A stretch of DNA of 64,000 nucleotides, taken from assembly GCA_039630415.1 (NCBI GenBank), contig JBCNVB010000025.1:75419-139418 (forward strand), given 5' to 3'. How positions within the stretch are numbered: position 1 is the stretch's first letter; each line of letters opens with the position of its first letter. The stretch is from a bacterium. GTDB taxonomy: Bacteria; DRYD01. This document shows, piece by piece, positions 28,435 through 37,266 of the stretch. A program made the translations under genes and the position numbers. The notes beneath the pieces are model-generated. The model made no database searches. It saw nothing but the letters and a program-made list of their open reading frames with translations, and was not told where the DNA came from.

Positions 28435-30171
28435 ATGTTAGAACAAAAAATAAAAGATGAGTTAGCGGAAACTCTTCTTAAAAAAGAATTAATAACTCGT
28501 AAGCAACTTGAAAAAGCTCAAAAAAAAGCAGAAGAAGAAAACAAAGAACTTGATAAAGTTCTCATAGAACTAGGCTACATAACCGAAAAAGAATTGTATC
28601 AAGCAATCGCAGAAGAAATCGGATATGAATTCGTCGATCTTTCAGAAATCGAACTAAAACCAGAACTATCACAGTTTCTACCCGACAACCTTGCTAAAAG
28701 ATATAACGCAGTGCCAATAAAATTCGACGGAGAAAAATTAGTCGTAGCAATGTTAGACCCCCTAGATACCAATGCAGTAGATGATATAATGCTAATGACT
28801 GGAATGGAAATAGAAACAGTAATGGCAACAGAATCTGATCTACGAAGAGCTATAAACAAAGTCTATGGTACAGCAGAAATAGCAGAAGCGGAAGATATAT
28901 CCTCCTCAATAGCAGAAATAAATATCGGAGAACTCGCTGGTCTAGAATTAGGTGAAGCAGAAGAAGAGGAAATATCAGTCGATAAACTAAAAGAAATGGT
29001 AGATGAAGCACCAATCGTAAAATTGGTCAACCAAATAATATTCCACGCCATATCAGATAAAGCCTCAGATATACACATAGAACCCTGGCCCAAAGAAGTA
29101 GTAGTTAGATACAGAATGGACGGTATACTACACGAAATAATGAGAATCCCTAAACACATACTCGCACCCATGGTTTCCAGAATAAAAATAATGTCTGCAC
29201 TTGACATAGCAGAAAGAAGAAAACCTCAAGACGGTAAAATACACCTCAAATACGAAGGAAGAGATTTTGACTTACGGGTATCAACCGTACCAACTGTTAA
29301 CGGAGAAAAAGTCGTAATGAGAATACTCGACAAAAGCTCAGTAATGCTGGGACTTGATAGACTAGGATTCATGCCAGATATAAGAGAAAAACTAGAATGG
29401 CTTATATCAAAGCCCTACGGCATGATCCTAGTAACAGGACCTACGGGATCAGGAAAATCAACTACTCTCTATGCATGTTTGAATAAGCTTAACCAAGGAA
29501 CAGTTAATATAAGCACGGTGGAAGATCCCGTAGAATACCAAATACAAGGTATAAATCAGGTTCAGGTTAATCCAAAAGCGGGAGTAACCTTTGCTGCTGC
29601 ACTAAGAGCATTCTTACGACAAGACCCAGACATAATAATGGTCGGAGAAATACGGGACCACGAAACAGCTCAAATAGCTGTAGAAGCAGCACTCACGGGA
29701 CACCTAGTACTATCAACTCTACACACTAACGACGCTCCTTCAGCAGCTACACGACTTATCGAAATGGGTATAGAACCATTCTTAGTAGCCTCCGCAGTAG
29801 TAGGTGTACTAGCACAAAGACTCGCTAGAACCATATGTAACGCATGTAAAGAACCCTATACACCACCAAAAGAAGCTTTAAAAGATCTAGGACTAGCATA
29901 TACCGAAGAAGAAATAGTATTCTACAAAGGAAGAGGATGTGAAGCTTGTAAAGGTACGGGATACAAAGGAAGAACAGGAATACATGAACTACTAATCATC
30001 TCAGACAAAGCTAGAGAAGTAATCCTAAGAAGAGGAAGTGCAAACGAAATCAAAAGAGCAGTGCTAGAAGAAGGTTTCAAAACCCTCCAAGATGATGCAA
30101 TAAGAAAAGTACTGGAAGGAATAATATCCGTAGAAGAAGCACTAAGAGTAGTATTTATGGGCAATGCATAA
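28435..30171 (+). CDS. pilB: Type IV pilus / type II secretion assembly ATPase (PilB/GspE family)
   Basis: 578 aa. SD AAGGAGG lies 8 nt upstream. It has an N-terminal T2SSE_N/MshEN-like domain, Walker A GPTGSGKST, the Asp box, Walker B IMVGEIRD, the His box TGHLVLSTLHTN, and a tetracysteine motif CNACK...CEACKGTGYKGR. Confidence 0.9.
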   Translation: MLEQKIKDELAETLLKKELITRKQLEKAQKKAEEENKELDKVLIELGYITEKELYQAIAEEIGYEFVDLSEIELKPELSQFLPDNLAKRYNAVPIKFDGEKLVVAMLDPLDTNAVDDIMLMTGMEIETVMATESDLRRAINKVYGTAEIAEAEDISSSIAEINIGELAGLELGEAEEEEISVDKLKEMVDEAPIVKLVNQIIFHAISDKASDIHIEPWPKEVVVRYRMDGILHEIMRIPKHILAPMVSRIKIMSALDIAERRKPQDGKIHLKYEGRDFDLRVSTVPTVNGEKVVMRILDKSSVMLGLDRLGFMPDIREKLEWLISKPYGMILVTGPTGSGKSTTLYACLNKLNQGTVNISTVEDPVEYQIQGINQVQVNPKAGVTFAAALRAFLRQDPDIIMVGEIRDHETAQIAVEAALTGHLVLSTLHTNDAPSAATRLIEMGIEPFLVASAVVGVLAQRLARTICNACKEPYTPPKEALKDLGLAYTEEEIVFYKGRGCEACKGTGYKGRTGIHELLIISDKAREVILRRGSANEIKRAVLEEGFKTLQDDAIRKVLEGIISVEEALRVVFMGNA

Positions 30172-30952
30172 TCAATGGACTAAATGTGATAAATGTAGAC
30201 AAATAATAAGCGCTGTAGATCTAGAAGAAAACCTCTGGGTCTGCCCCAAGTGTAATAACCACCAATACATAACAGCTACCCAAAGAATACAAATAACCTT
30301 CAATCATTATCAGGAATTATTCAAAGACATAAAACCGAAAGACTTCCTTAATTTTGAAGACTATGCGGAAAAACTTAAAAAAGATGCAGAAAAGTTAGGT
30401 ATAGAAGAAGCAATAGTAGTTGGACAAGCCTATTTGTTACCCGATCAACAGAATGAATACCCCATATGTTTTGGCATAATGGACTTTGGATTTAGAGGTG
30501 GATCAATGGGAAGCGTAGTGGGAGAAAAAATAGCTCTAATAGCGCAAGTAGCATACGAAAAACAACAACCCTTAATAATATTCTCAGCCTCAGGCGGAGC
30601 TAGAATGCAAGAAGGAATCATAGCACTTATGCAAATGGCTAAAACCGTAGCATCTATAAACAAACTTAAGCAAAAAAAAATACCATTCATAAACGTAGTA
30701 ACAAATCCTACTACGGGTGGAGTGGCTGCTAGCTTTGTCGGAATCGCAGACATAATTATCTCCGAACCAGAAGCAATTATTGGATTTGCTGGTCAAAGAG
30801 TAATAGAACAAACCATCAAGAAAAAACTACCTCCCAACTTTCAAACCGCAGAGTTTAACCTTTCTAACGGACTAATAGATCAAATCGTACATAGAAAGAA
30901 AATACCCTACTTTCTTCTGGAATTTATAAAAGCATTCTACTTTTGGTTATAA
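30164..30952 (+). CDS. accD: Acetyl-CoA carboxylase carboxyltransferase beta subunit
   Basis: 262 aa. N-terminal zinc ribbon is CDKCRQ...CPKCN. Carboxyltransferase motif is GGSMGSVVGEK...SGGARMQEG. Overlaps pilB by 8 nt. Confidence 0.9.
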   Translation: MHNQWTKCDKCRQIISAVDLEENLWVCPKCNNHQYITATQRIQITFNHYQELFKDIKPKDFLNFEDYAEKLKKDAEKLGIEEAIVVGQAYLLPDQQNEYPICFGIMDFGFRGGSMGSVVGEKIALIAQVAYEKQQPLIIFSASGGARMQEGIIALMQMAKTVASINKLKQKKIPFINVVTNPTTGGVAASFVGIADIIISEPEAIIGFAGQRVIEQTIKKKLPPNFQTAEFNLSNGLIDQIVHRKKIPYFLLEFIKAFYFWL

Positions 30953-30969
30953 AACGGAGACAAAACTAA

Positions 30970-31671
30970 GTGAAATACCAAAAAATACAAAAAATAATAC
31001 AAACAAGAAAGTTCATAATAATAGGTTCACCAGCAAGCAACAACTATCAAGTAGTACAAACTTTTATAGATCATGGGATAGACATAATTAAGCTGCATCT
31101 TAACATGACTCACCCCGTAAGCAATGTAACTTTATCAAGTTTAAAAGAAGAAGAGTCAAACATTTATCCTGTAATATCTCAAAATCCTCAAATCGTATGG
31201 GGAATAGTTCCGGGTAATCTGCTAACCAATCCCAAATCTTTTGAGGAAATTCCAAACGAAACTTTACAACGGTTATTCGATTTCGTAGATCTATTTTACT
31301 ACTCCTATACAGCTCACTATCTCAAAATTGATTTACCCAAGATGGTTGCAATAGACAGAGTATTACAAAGAGAGGAATTATCTATTTTGGAAAGAATGGG
31401 TTTTTGGGGAATAGAAACATCGATAGTTGATAAAAATAGTTACGGTTTACCTTTAACATTACAAGACATTATTAACTTGGAAAGAATAGTTAAAAATACA
31501 ACGATACCGATCTTTGTGCCAACCCAAAAGAAAATAACGCCTAAAGATGTGAGAATTTTGTATGATATAGGTGCAAAAGGAATAGTTTTAGGACAAATCT
31601 CCACTTCCCTAGAAATTGATACAGCAAGAAAAATAATAAGTGAATTCGTTGATCAAGTTCAAAAACTATGA
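30970..31671 (+). CDS. Hypothetical protein, possibly a TIM-barrel fold
   Basis: 233 aa with a GTG start. It shows alternating beta/alpha character and a C-terminal IPIFVPT...GAKGIVLG phosphate-binding-like segment. No firm family assignment. Confidence 0.4.
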   Translation: MKYQKIQKIIQTRKFIIIGSPASNNYQVVQTFIDHGIDIIKLHLNMTHPVSNVTLSSLKEEESNIYPVISQNPQIVWGIVPGNLLTNPKSFEEIPNETLQRLFDFVDLFYYSYTAHYLKIDLPKMVAIDRVLQREELSILERMGFWGIETSIVDKNSYGLPLTLQDIINLERIVKNTTIPIFVPTQKKITPKDVRILYDIGAKGIVLGQISTSLEIDTARKIISEFVDQVQKL

Positions 31672-32618
31672 TAGATATATCAGTAGTCATACCGGCTTAC
31701 AATGAGGAGAAGTACATTCTCAACTCTCTTAGATCACTTGTTAATCAATCTTTATCCTCCAAAATAAGATATGAAATAGTAGTTGTAGACAACAATAGTA
31801 CGGACAAAACTAAGGAAAGAGTGGAGGAGTTTATTCAGTATTTTAAGAACAAGAAGAAACTGGATAAGTCACTAAGTAATATAGACATAAGGATAATAGA
31901 AGAGAAAAAGCAAGGTGTTGCGTATGCAAGGCAAACAGGGTTTTCCCAATCAAGAGGCTGGATAATAGCTACTACCGATGCGGATTGCATTCTACCACCC
32001 TTATGGATAAGAACTATCTACAACATATTCAAACACAACTACGATTACTTGTCTTATCAACTTATAAGCGGCTTACCACGAAAAATAAGAAAAGAGATAA
32101 TAAAGTCATTCAAAATGCCAATCGTTGGTGCAACAGGATTAATAAAATTTTATGATGACGATACATATGAATTGCAGGTAATAAATAGATTGATTCCCGT
32201 TTTTCTTGGAATAGGGAATTTTTTTTGGTTTTCACCAGCCCTCCATGGCTCCAATTTCGCTATCCTCAAAGAATACTTCATAAAAGTTGGAGGATTCAAC
32301 ACTAATCTCAAAACCGGTGAAGACCTCGATCTGGGAGTAAGAATATCCAAATACGGAAGAATAGTGTTTCTTCCCGCAGTAGCTTACTCCTCTTCCAGAA
32401 GATTTAGAAAAAATCTGCTAAAAGCAGTATTAATATACACGTTTGCAAATTTCCTTTCCCATAGACTGTTCGGTAAACCTATAGTCAATGAATTGGATAC
32501 AGCCAGAGGAGAAAGAGAAATATTCTATCAACCTCTCAACCTAAACCAAGAATTCCAAAAAATAAAAAACAAACTTAAAGAAATAATTCAGGATATAAAA
32601 AGCAAACTGGATATATAA
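31668..32618 (+). CDS. Family 2 glycosyltransferase
   Basis: 316 aa. Contains ISVVIPAYNEEKYI, a TDAD (DxD-like) motif and a GEDLDLG motif. Overlaps the upstream gene by 4 nt. Confidence 0.8.
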   Translation: MIDISVVIPAYNEEKYILNSLRSLVNQSLSSKIRYEIVVVDNNSTDKTKERVEEFIQYFKNKKKLDKSLSNIDIRIIEEKKQGVAYARQTGFSQSRGWIIATTDADCILPPLWIRTIYNIFKHNYDYLSYQLISGLPRKIRKEIIKSFKMPIVGATGLIKFYDDDTYELQVINRLIPVFLGIGNFFWFSPALHGSNFAILKEYFIKVGGFNTNLKTGEDLDLGVRISKYGRIVFLPAVAYSSSRRFRKNLLKAVLIYTFANFLSHRLFGKPIVNELDTARGEREIFYQPLNLNQEFQKIKNKLKEIIQDIKSKLDI

Positions 32619-32638
32619 GTATTTTAAGGAGGTGTAAG

Positions 32639-35266
32639 ATGAGTAGAACCAGAGAATTCATAAACCAAATGCTAGGTTATAAGTACATAGATCTCAAGAA
32701 AGTACCTAATATTCAAACATTTCCATTCTCAATTAGAATCCTTCTTGAAAACATTCTGAGAAATTATGATAACTTTAAAGTCAATGATGAACATGTTGAC
32801 TTAATAATGAACTACAACTCAAAAGATGTTCCCGATAAGGAAATACCATTTTGTCCAAATAGGATACTAGCTCAAGATTTTACGGGAGTACCTTTGATAG
32901 TTGATCTGGCTTCTTTAAGATATGCTGTTACAAAGTACAACAAACCAGCTTCAAGTGTAAATCCCATAATTCCCATAGACTTGGTCATAGATCATTCTGT
33001 AGTAGTAGAGAGTTATGGTACTTCATTTGCGTTGTATAGAAATGTTGAGCTAGAGTATGAGCAAAACAGAGAGAGGTACGAGTTTTTAAAATGGGCACAA
33101 AAGAGTTTTAAAAAATTAAGGCTTATACCCCCATCAACAGGTATCTGCCATCAGATAAATCTGGAGTATCTTTCTAGAGTAGTTTGGGAACAGGATGGGA
33201 TGATATTCCCGGATACAGTTATAGGTACGGACTCACATACTCCGATGGTAAATGGTATAGGTGTGGTGGGATGGGGAGTTGGAGGTATTGAAGCTGAGGC
33301 TGTAGCTCTCGGACAACCACTATATTTTACCTTACCAAAAGTAATAGGTCTAAAGTTGAAAGGTAGTTTACCTGAAGGGGTAAATGCTACAGACCTAGTC
33401 CTAACAATAACTGAACTACTTAGAAAATATGGTGTGGTTGGAAAGTTCGTTGAAGTATTTGGTGAAGGATTAGATTGTTTAACGGTACCTGACAGAGCTA
33501 CAATCTCTAACATGTCTCCCGAATTCGGCTCCACCATAACATACTTCCCAATTGATCAGAAGACTATAGAGTACCTAAAACTAACTAATCGACCACCAGA
33601 ATTAATAAAGCTAGTTGAAACATACGCAAAAGAAAATTTACTATGGAGAGAAGATGAGGATAAAATAGTTTACACCGATGTAATAGAGTTGGACTTAAAT
33701 AAAGTTACAACTTCATTGGCTGGTCCCAAAAGACCCCAAGACAGAATACCACTATCAAACCTCAAAAAAGTTTTCGTAGATAGCTCTGCAAGTGTTTTGA
33801 CAAAAGTTAAGGTGAATATAGGTCAGGAAGAGATAGAACTTAAGGATGGGGATGTTGTAATAGCTGCAATAACTAGCTGTACCAATACATCTAATCCATT
33901 TGTTATGTTAGCAGCAGGGCTATTAGCTAAGAAAGCTGTTCAACGAGGTTTGAGGGTTAAAAGGCATGTTAAAACTACTTTAGCACCGGGATCTAAGGTA
34001 GTAACCCGTTATCTTGAAAAAGCAGGACTATTACCTTATTTAGAAGCTCTGGGATTTTTCGTATCTGGCTATGGCTGTACTACTTGTATAGGTAACTCAG
34101 GAAGCTTGCATCCTGAAATTTCCAAAGCAATAACCCAAAATAATTTGGTAGTATCAGCAGTTCTTTCTGGTAACAGGAATTTTGAAGCCAGGATACATCC
34201 TCTGGTAAAAATGAACTTTTTAGCTTCTCCTCCAATGGTTGTAGCCTTTGCTATAGCTGGGACCGTAAACATAGACTTACAAACTGAACCTATAGGTTAT
34301 GACCCATTGGGACAACCAGTCTACCTTAAAGATATAACCCCTACTAACGAAGAAATATATGAACTTATTGAGCAAGTTGTTAAATCGGAATATTTTAGCG
34401 AAATTTACCAAGATATTCTTGAGGGCGACCAAGAATGGAAAAGATTACCTGAGTATGAAAGCGATCTTTATCCATTTGATCCCAAATCCACTTACATTAG
34501 GTTGGCTCCATTCTTTGAGGATGAATTTATGAATTCTAAACCAGAAGATATAAAGGGAGCAAGATTACTGTTGTTACTCGGAGATAGTGTAACGACAGAT
34601 CACATATCTCCTGCTGGAAGTATAAAAGTTGACTCACCAGCTGGGAAATATCTAATCCAGCAGGGTGTGGAAAGTAAAGATTTCAACTCATATGGTTCTA
34701 GAAGAGGAAATCATGAAGTAATGATTAGAGGAACATTTGCAAATGTTAGAATAAGAAATTACCTGGTGGATAAAGAAGGTGGGTATACGATAAAAGATGG
34801 TGAAATAAAGACAGTGTATGATGCATGTATGGAGTACAAAAAAGAAAACGCTCCTTTAATAGTAGTAGCGGGCAAAGAGTATGGATCTGGATCTTCTAGA
34901 GACTGGGCAGCTAAGGGTACTAGATTACTGGGAATAAAGGCCATCATAGCTCAAAGCTTTGAAAGAATCCATAGAAGTAATTTAGTTGGAATGGGTGTGC
35001 TCCCATTAGAATTCGTCTCATCTGAAGACTATAACTTCTTCCTAGAAGCAAAGCAACAACTACCATACTACTCGTTCAGTATCCTAGGAATTTCCGAAAA
35101 TCTTTACCCCAAAAAGAAGCTTAAGGTTCAAATATTCGATAGTCAAGGCAAGACCGTAAAAGAATTTGATGTTGTAATGAGGCTGGATTCTCAAGTTGAA
35201 ATAGAGTACTACAAAAACGGAGGCATCTTACAATATGTTTTGAAAGAAAAATTTTTGAGGGATTAA
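32639..35266 (+). CDS. acnA: Aconitate hydratase A
   Basis: 875 aa. Contains GTDSHTPMVNGIGVVGWGVGGIEAEA, the Fe-S Cys contexts ITSCTNTSNP and GCTTCIGNSG, and GKEYGSGSSRDWAAKG. Confidence 0.93.
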   Translation: MSRTREFINQMLGYKYIDLKKVPNIQTFPFSIRILLENILRNYDNFKVNDEHVDLIMNYNSKDVPDKEIPFCPNRILAQDFTGVPLIVDLASLRYAVTKYNKPASSVNPIIPIDLVIDHSVVVESYGTSFALYRNVELEYEQNRERYEFLKWAQKSFKKLRLIPPSTGICHQINLEYLSRVVWEQDGMIFPDTVIGTDSHTPMVNGIGVVGWGVGGIEAEAVALGQPLYFTLPKVIGLKLKGSLPEGVNATDLVLTITELLRKYGVVGKFVEVFGEGLDCLTVPDRATISNMSPEFGSTITYFPIDQKTIEYLKLTNRPPELIKLVETYAKENLLWREDEDKIVYTDVIELDLNKVTTSLAGPKRPQDRIPLSNLKKVFVDSSASVLTKVKVNIGQEEIELKDGDVVIAAITSCTNTSNPFVMLAAGLLAKKAVQRGLRVKRHVKTTLAPGSKVVTRYLEKAGLLPYLEALGFFVSGYGCTTCIGNSGSLHPEISKAITQNNLVVSAVLSGNRNFEARIHPLVKMNFLASPPMVVAFAIAGTVNIDLQTEPIGYDPLGQPVYLKDITPTNEEIYELIEQVVKSEYFSEIYQDILEGDQEWKRLPEYESDLYPFDPKSTYIRLAPFFEDEFMNSKPEDIKGARLLLLLGDSVTTDHISPAGSIKVDSPAGKYLIQQGVESKDFNSYGSRRGNHEVMIRGTFANVRIRNYLVDKEGGYTIKDGEIKTVYDACMEYKKENAPLIVVAGKEYGSGSSRDWAAKGTRLLGIKAIIAQSFERIHRSNLVGMGVLPLEFVSSEDYNFFLEAKQQLPYYSFSILGISENLYPKKKLKVQIFDSQGKTVKEFDVVMRLDSQVEIEYYKNGGILQYVLKEKFLRD

Positions 35267-35324
35267 AAGCTGCACCTGCCGGAAAGGGTGCTATATAAAT
35301 ACTTCTGGCAAATACCAAACAATT

Positions 35325-35588
35325 ATGGAAGAAAAAATAGATAAAGACCTAGTCGACCAAATGAATAAGGAAGAAAATCAGTTGATAAGGGTAATAATAC
35401 AAACGTATGACGGATGCAAAGAAGAAGAGGATAGAAAAATGGTAAAATCAGTTGGTGGAGAGTATTTGTTTGATTTACCAATAATAGGAGGTTTTGCAGC
35501 GAAATTACCCAAAACAGGTATAAAGTTACTGGCGTTAAATAAGAGGGTGAAGAAAATATTTTACGATAAACCAATAAGTTTGAAATAG
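35325..35588 (+). CDS. Small stand-alone protein resembling a subtilisin propeptide (inhibitor I9-like fold)
   Basis: 87 aa. The pattern IRVIIQTYDG...GGEYLFDLPIIGGFAAKLPKTGIKLLALNKRVKKIFYDKPISL matches the beta-alpha-beta-beta-alpha-beta propeptide signature (..GFaa.L....i..L.....V..i..D..v). Its stop abuts the ATG of the next gene. A weak or absent SD lowers confidence. Confidence 0.45.
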   Translation: MEEKIDKDLVDQMNKEENQLIRVIIQTYDGCKEEEDRKMVKSVGGEYLFDLPIIGGFAAKLPKTGIKLLALNKRVKKIFYDKPISLK

Positions 35589-36707
35589 ATGAAGGTAGGG
35601 ATAGTATCGAATAGTCCTGGAGAGGTTTTAGGTTGGGCAGTTCCTGCTTCCTCAATTCTCAAAAAACTTGGATTCACTATAGATTTATACCTAACACCCT
35701 GCATGTTTGCTACCAACAAAGAATACGAAGTAGCTCTGCAACACGGCCACTTTGACAAAATCTATAAACCCAAACAAACACTTTTCGAAATCTTGCTACC
35801 TCAAAAAAGATACGATCTCTTTTTCCACATGGGAGGCGATATATGGTATTCTACCAAGTTCAAAACTTCCAAACTGTATTCATACGGCTGGGGAACAAAA
35901 AGGTTAGATAAATTTTTCTGTTTATACCTTGTTCCAAATCAATACTACTACAGAAAACTAACTGAACGTGGTATACCATCAAGTAAAATAGTAAAAATAA
36001 AAGATCTTGCCTTTGAGAAGCTCAAAAGGAAGCAGTATGATCCGAACTCCAAGTTGATAGGATTTATGTTGGGTAGTAGAGAAGTCGAATTCTGGAATTT
36101 ACTAGAAATTTACCTTCAAACAATTGCTTTAATGCCCAAGGACTATGAATACATATTTTTTGTTTCCCCTTTTATTTATCAAGATGATAGTTTTGAACAA
36201 AAACTTCAAGGCATAATGAAAATGTATGAGGGTTATCGAGTGAAGTTTTTGGTAAACGAAGTTGAAAAGTATGAAGTTATGTCGAAATTGAGATTAATGG
36301 TAACTATTCCTGGTACTAAAACGAATGAAGCTGGTTTTTTGGGTATTCCTCAGTTGGTGATACTACCTTTGCAAAAACCTGAGCATATTCCGGTATGGGG
36401 TATAGTGGGTTGGCTAGATTTTCTTGGAAGTTTTGGAAAAAAAATAAAAAGCTATTTTGTAATCAAATACGCTGAAAAAAATCTACTAAACAAAAAAAGG
36501 TACATAGCTATGCCAAATATGGTTTCAAACTCTGAAATTGTTCCCGAAATGATCGATAAAATAACTCCTGAAAAACTTTGTCAAGTCTTACTTAGTATGG
36601 TAGAAAATAGTGAATTGTTAAGTAGAATATCTAATGATCTAGTAAGAGTTTATGATGAGTGGGAATATGAAGCTATCTCTTTTCATGATTTTGTACGTAG
36701 GATATGA
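35589..36707 (+). CDS. Glycosyltransferase distantly resembling lipid-A-disaccharide synthase (LpxB/GT19-like)
   Basis: 372 aa. N-terminal VSNSPGEVLGW corresponds to the AGExSGD segment of LpxB. Mid-region YSYGWGTKRL...YLVPNQYYYRKL corresponds to SPxxWAWR...PFE..Y. This is a by-eye comparison only. Confidence 0.4.
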   Translation: MKVGIVSNSPGEVLGWAVPASSILKKLGFTIDLYLTPCMFATNKEYEVALQHGHFDKIYKPKQTLFEILLPQKRYDLFFHMGGDIWYSTKFKTSKLYSYGWGTKRLDKFFCLYLVPNQYYYRKLTERGIPSSKIVKIKDLAFEKLKRKQYDPNSKLIGFMLGSREVEFWNLLEIYLQTIALMPKDYEYIFFVSPFIYQDDSFEQKLQGIMKMYEGYRVKFLVNEVEKYEVMSKLRLMVTIPGTKTNEAGFLGIPQLVILPLQKPEHIPVWGIVGWLDFLGSFGKKIKSYFVIKYAEKNLLNKKRYIAMPNMVSNSEIVPEMIDKITPEKLCQVLLSMVENSELLSRISNDLVRVYDEWEYEAISFHDFVRRI

Positions 36708-36741
36708 TTTTGAGGAAATTATGTAAAAAGAGGAGGGGAAT

Positions 36742-37167
36742 ATGATAAGGGGCGTTGCTTTTATATGTGTTGGTAATTCTGCAAGAAGTCAAATAGCAGA
36801 AGCAATAGCAAAGAAAATAGCTAAAGAAAAAGGATTAAATATTAAGGTTTACTCTGCAGGGATACAACCTTCTGGATTTATTAATTCTATGGCAATAAGA
36901 ATTTTAGAAGAGGATAATATTCCGATAGAGGATCAGTATTCAAAAGGTATGGATCAAATTCCCATAAATGACATAGATTTAGTTATCTTTGTATGTGAAG
37001 AAAGTTATTGTCCTTCGACAGATGAAGTTTTCAAAGGTAAGAAAATACTGCATTGGTATTTACCTGATCCATTTTCTTACGAACAATTCTACTTTATAAG
37101 GGAAAGTCTAAAGTCAAGGATAAATGATCTGTTTGAAAGACTAGATGCAAAGGATATCCAAATCTGA
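36742..37167 (+). CDS. Low-molecular-weight phosphatase family protein (ArsC-type arsenate reductase or protein-tyrosine phosphatase)
   Basis: 141 aa. P-loop is FICVGNSARSQIAE (CX5R-S). A conserved Asp lies near the C-terminus (YLPDPF). Confidence 0.75.
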   Translation: MIRGVAFICVGNSARSQIAEAIAKKIAKEKGLNIKVYSAGIQPSGFINSMAIRILEEDNIPIEDQYSKGMDQIPINDIDLVIFVCEESYCPSTDEVFKGKKILHWYLPDPFSYEQFYFIRESLKSRINDLFERLDAKDIQI

Positions 37168-37266
37168 AGAACCAAATTATTAGAGGGGTATCGTTATTGC
37201 AAGATAAAATTTGCTAAATCAGCAAAATTAATGGGGTTACCTCTGCAAGGAGGAGGTGACGCCGTA

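Noticed and set aside
28599-30811. Five antisense ORFs of 73-114 aa (28599-28859, 28863-29207, 29922-30164, 30445-30753, 30590-30811) opposite pilB and accD.
   Set aside because: They translate to low-complexity S/I/A/P-rich sequences. They exist only because the sense strand is T-poor, which leaves the antisense strand short of stop codons. The sense-strand genes have unambiguous conserved motifs.
35323-35655. 110-aa minus-strand ORF overlapping the I9-like gene and the start of the LpxB-like gene.
   Set aside because: It lies antisense within a long plus-strand run, has a low-complexity L/P/S-rich translation and overlaps two better-supported plus-strand ORFs.
37186-37201. Sigma-54-like promoter GG-N10-TTGCA (gGGtatcgttatTGCa) upstream of giant pilin A.
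   Set aside because: The spacing and the -12 element fit, but the -24 element is only GG. The corresponding positions upstream of paralogs B and C lack the GC dinucleotide, and no sigma-54 activator gene is nearby. It is probably a chance match.
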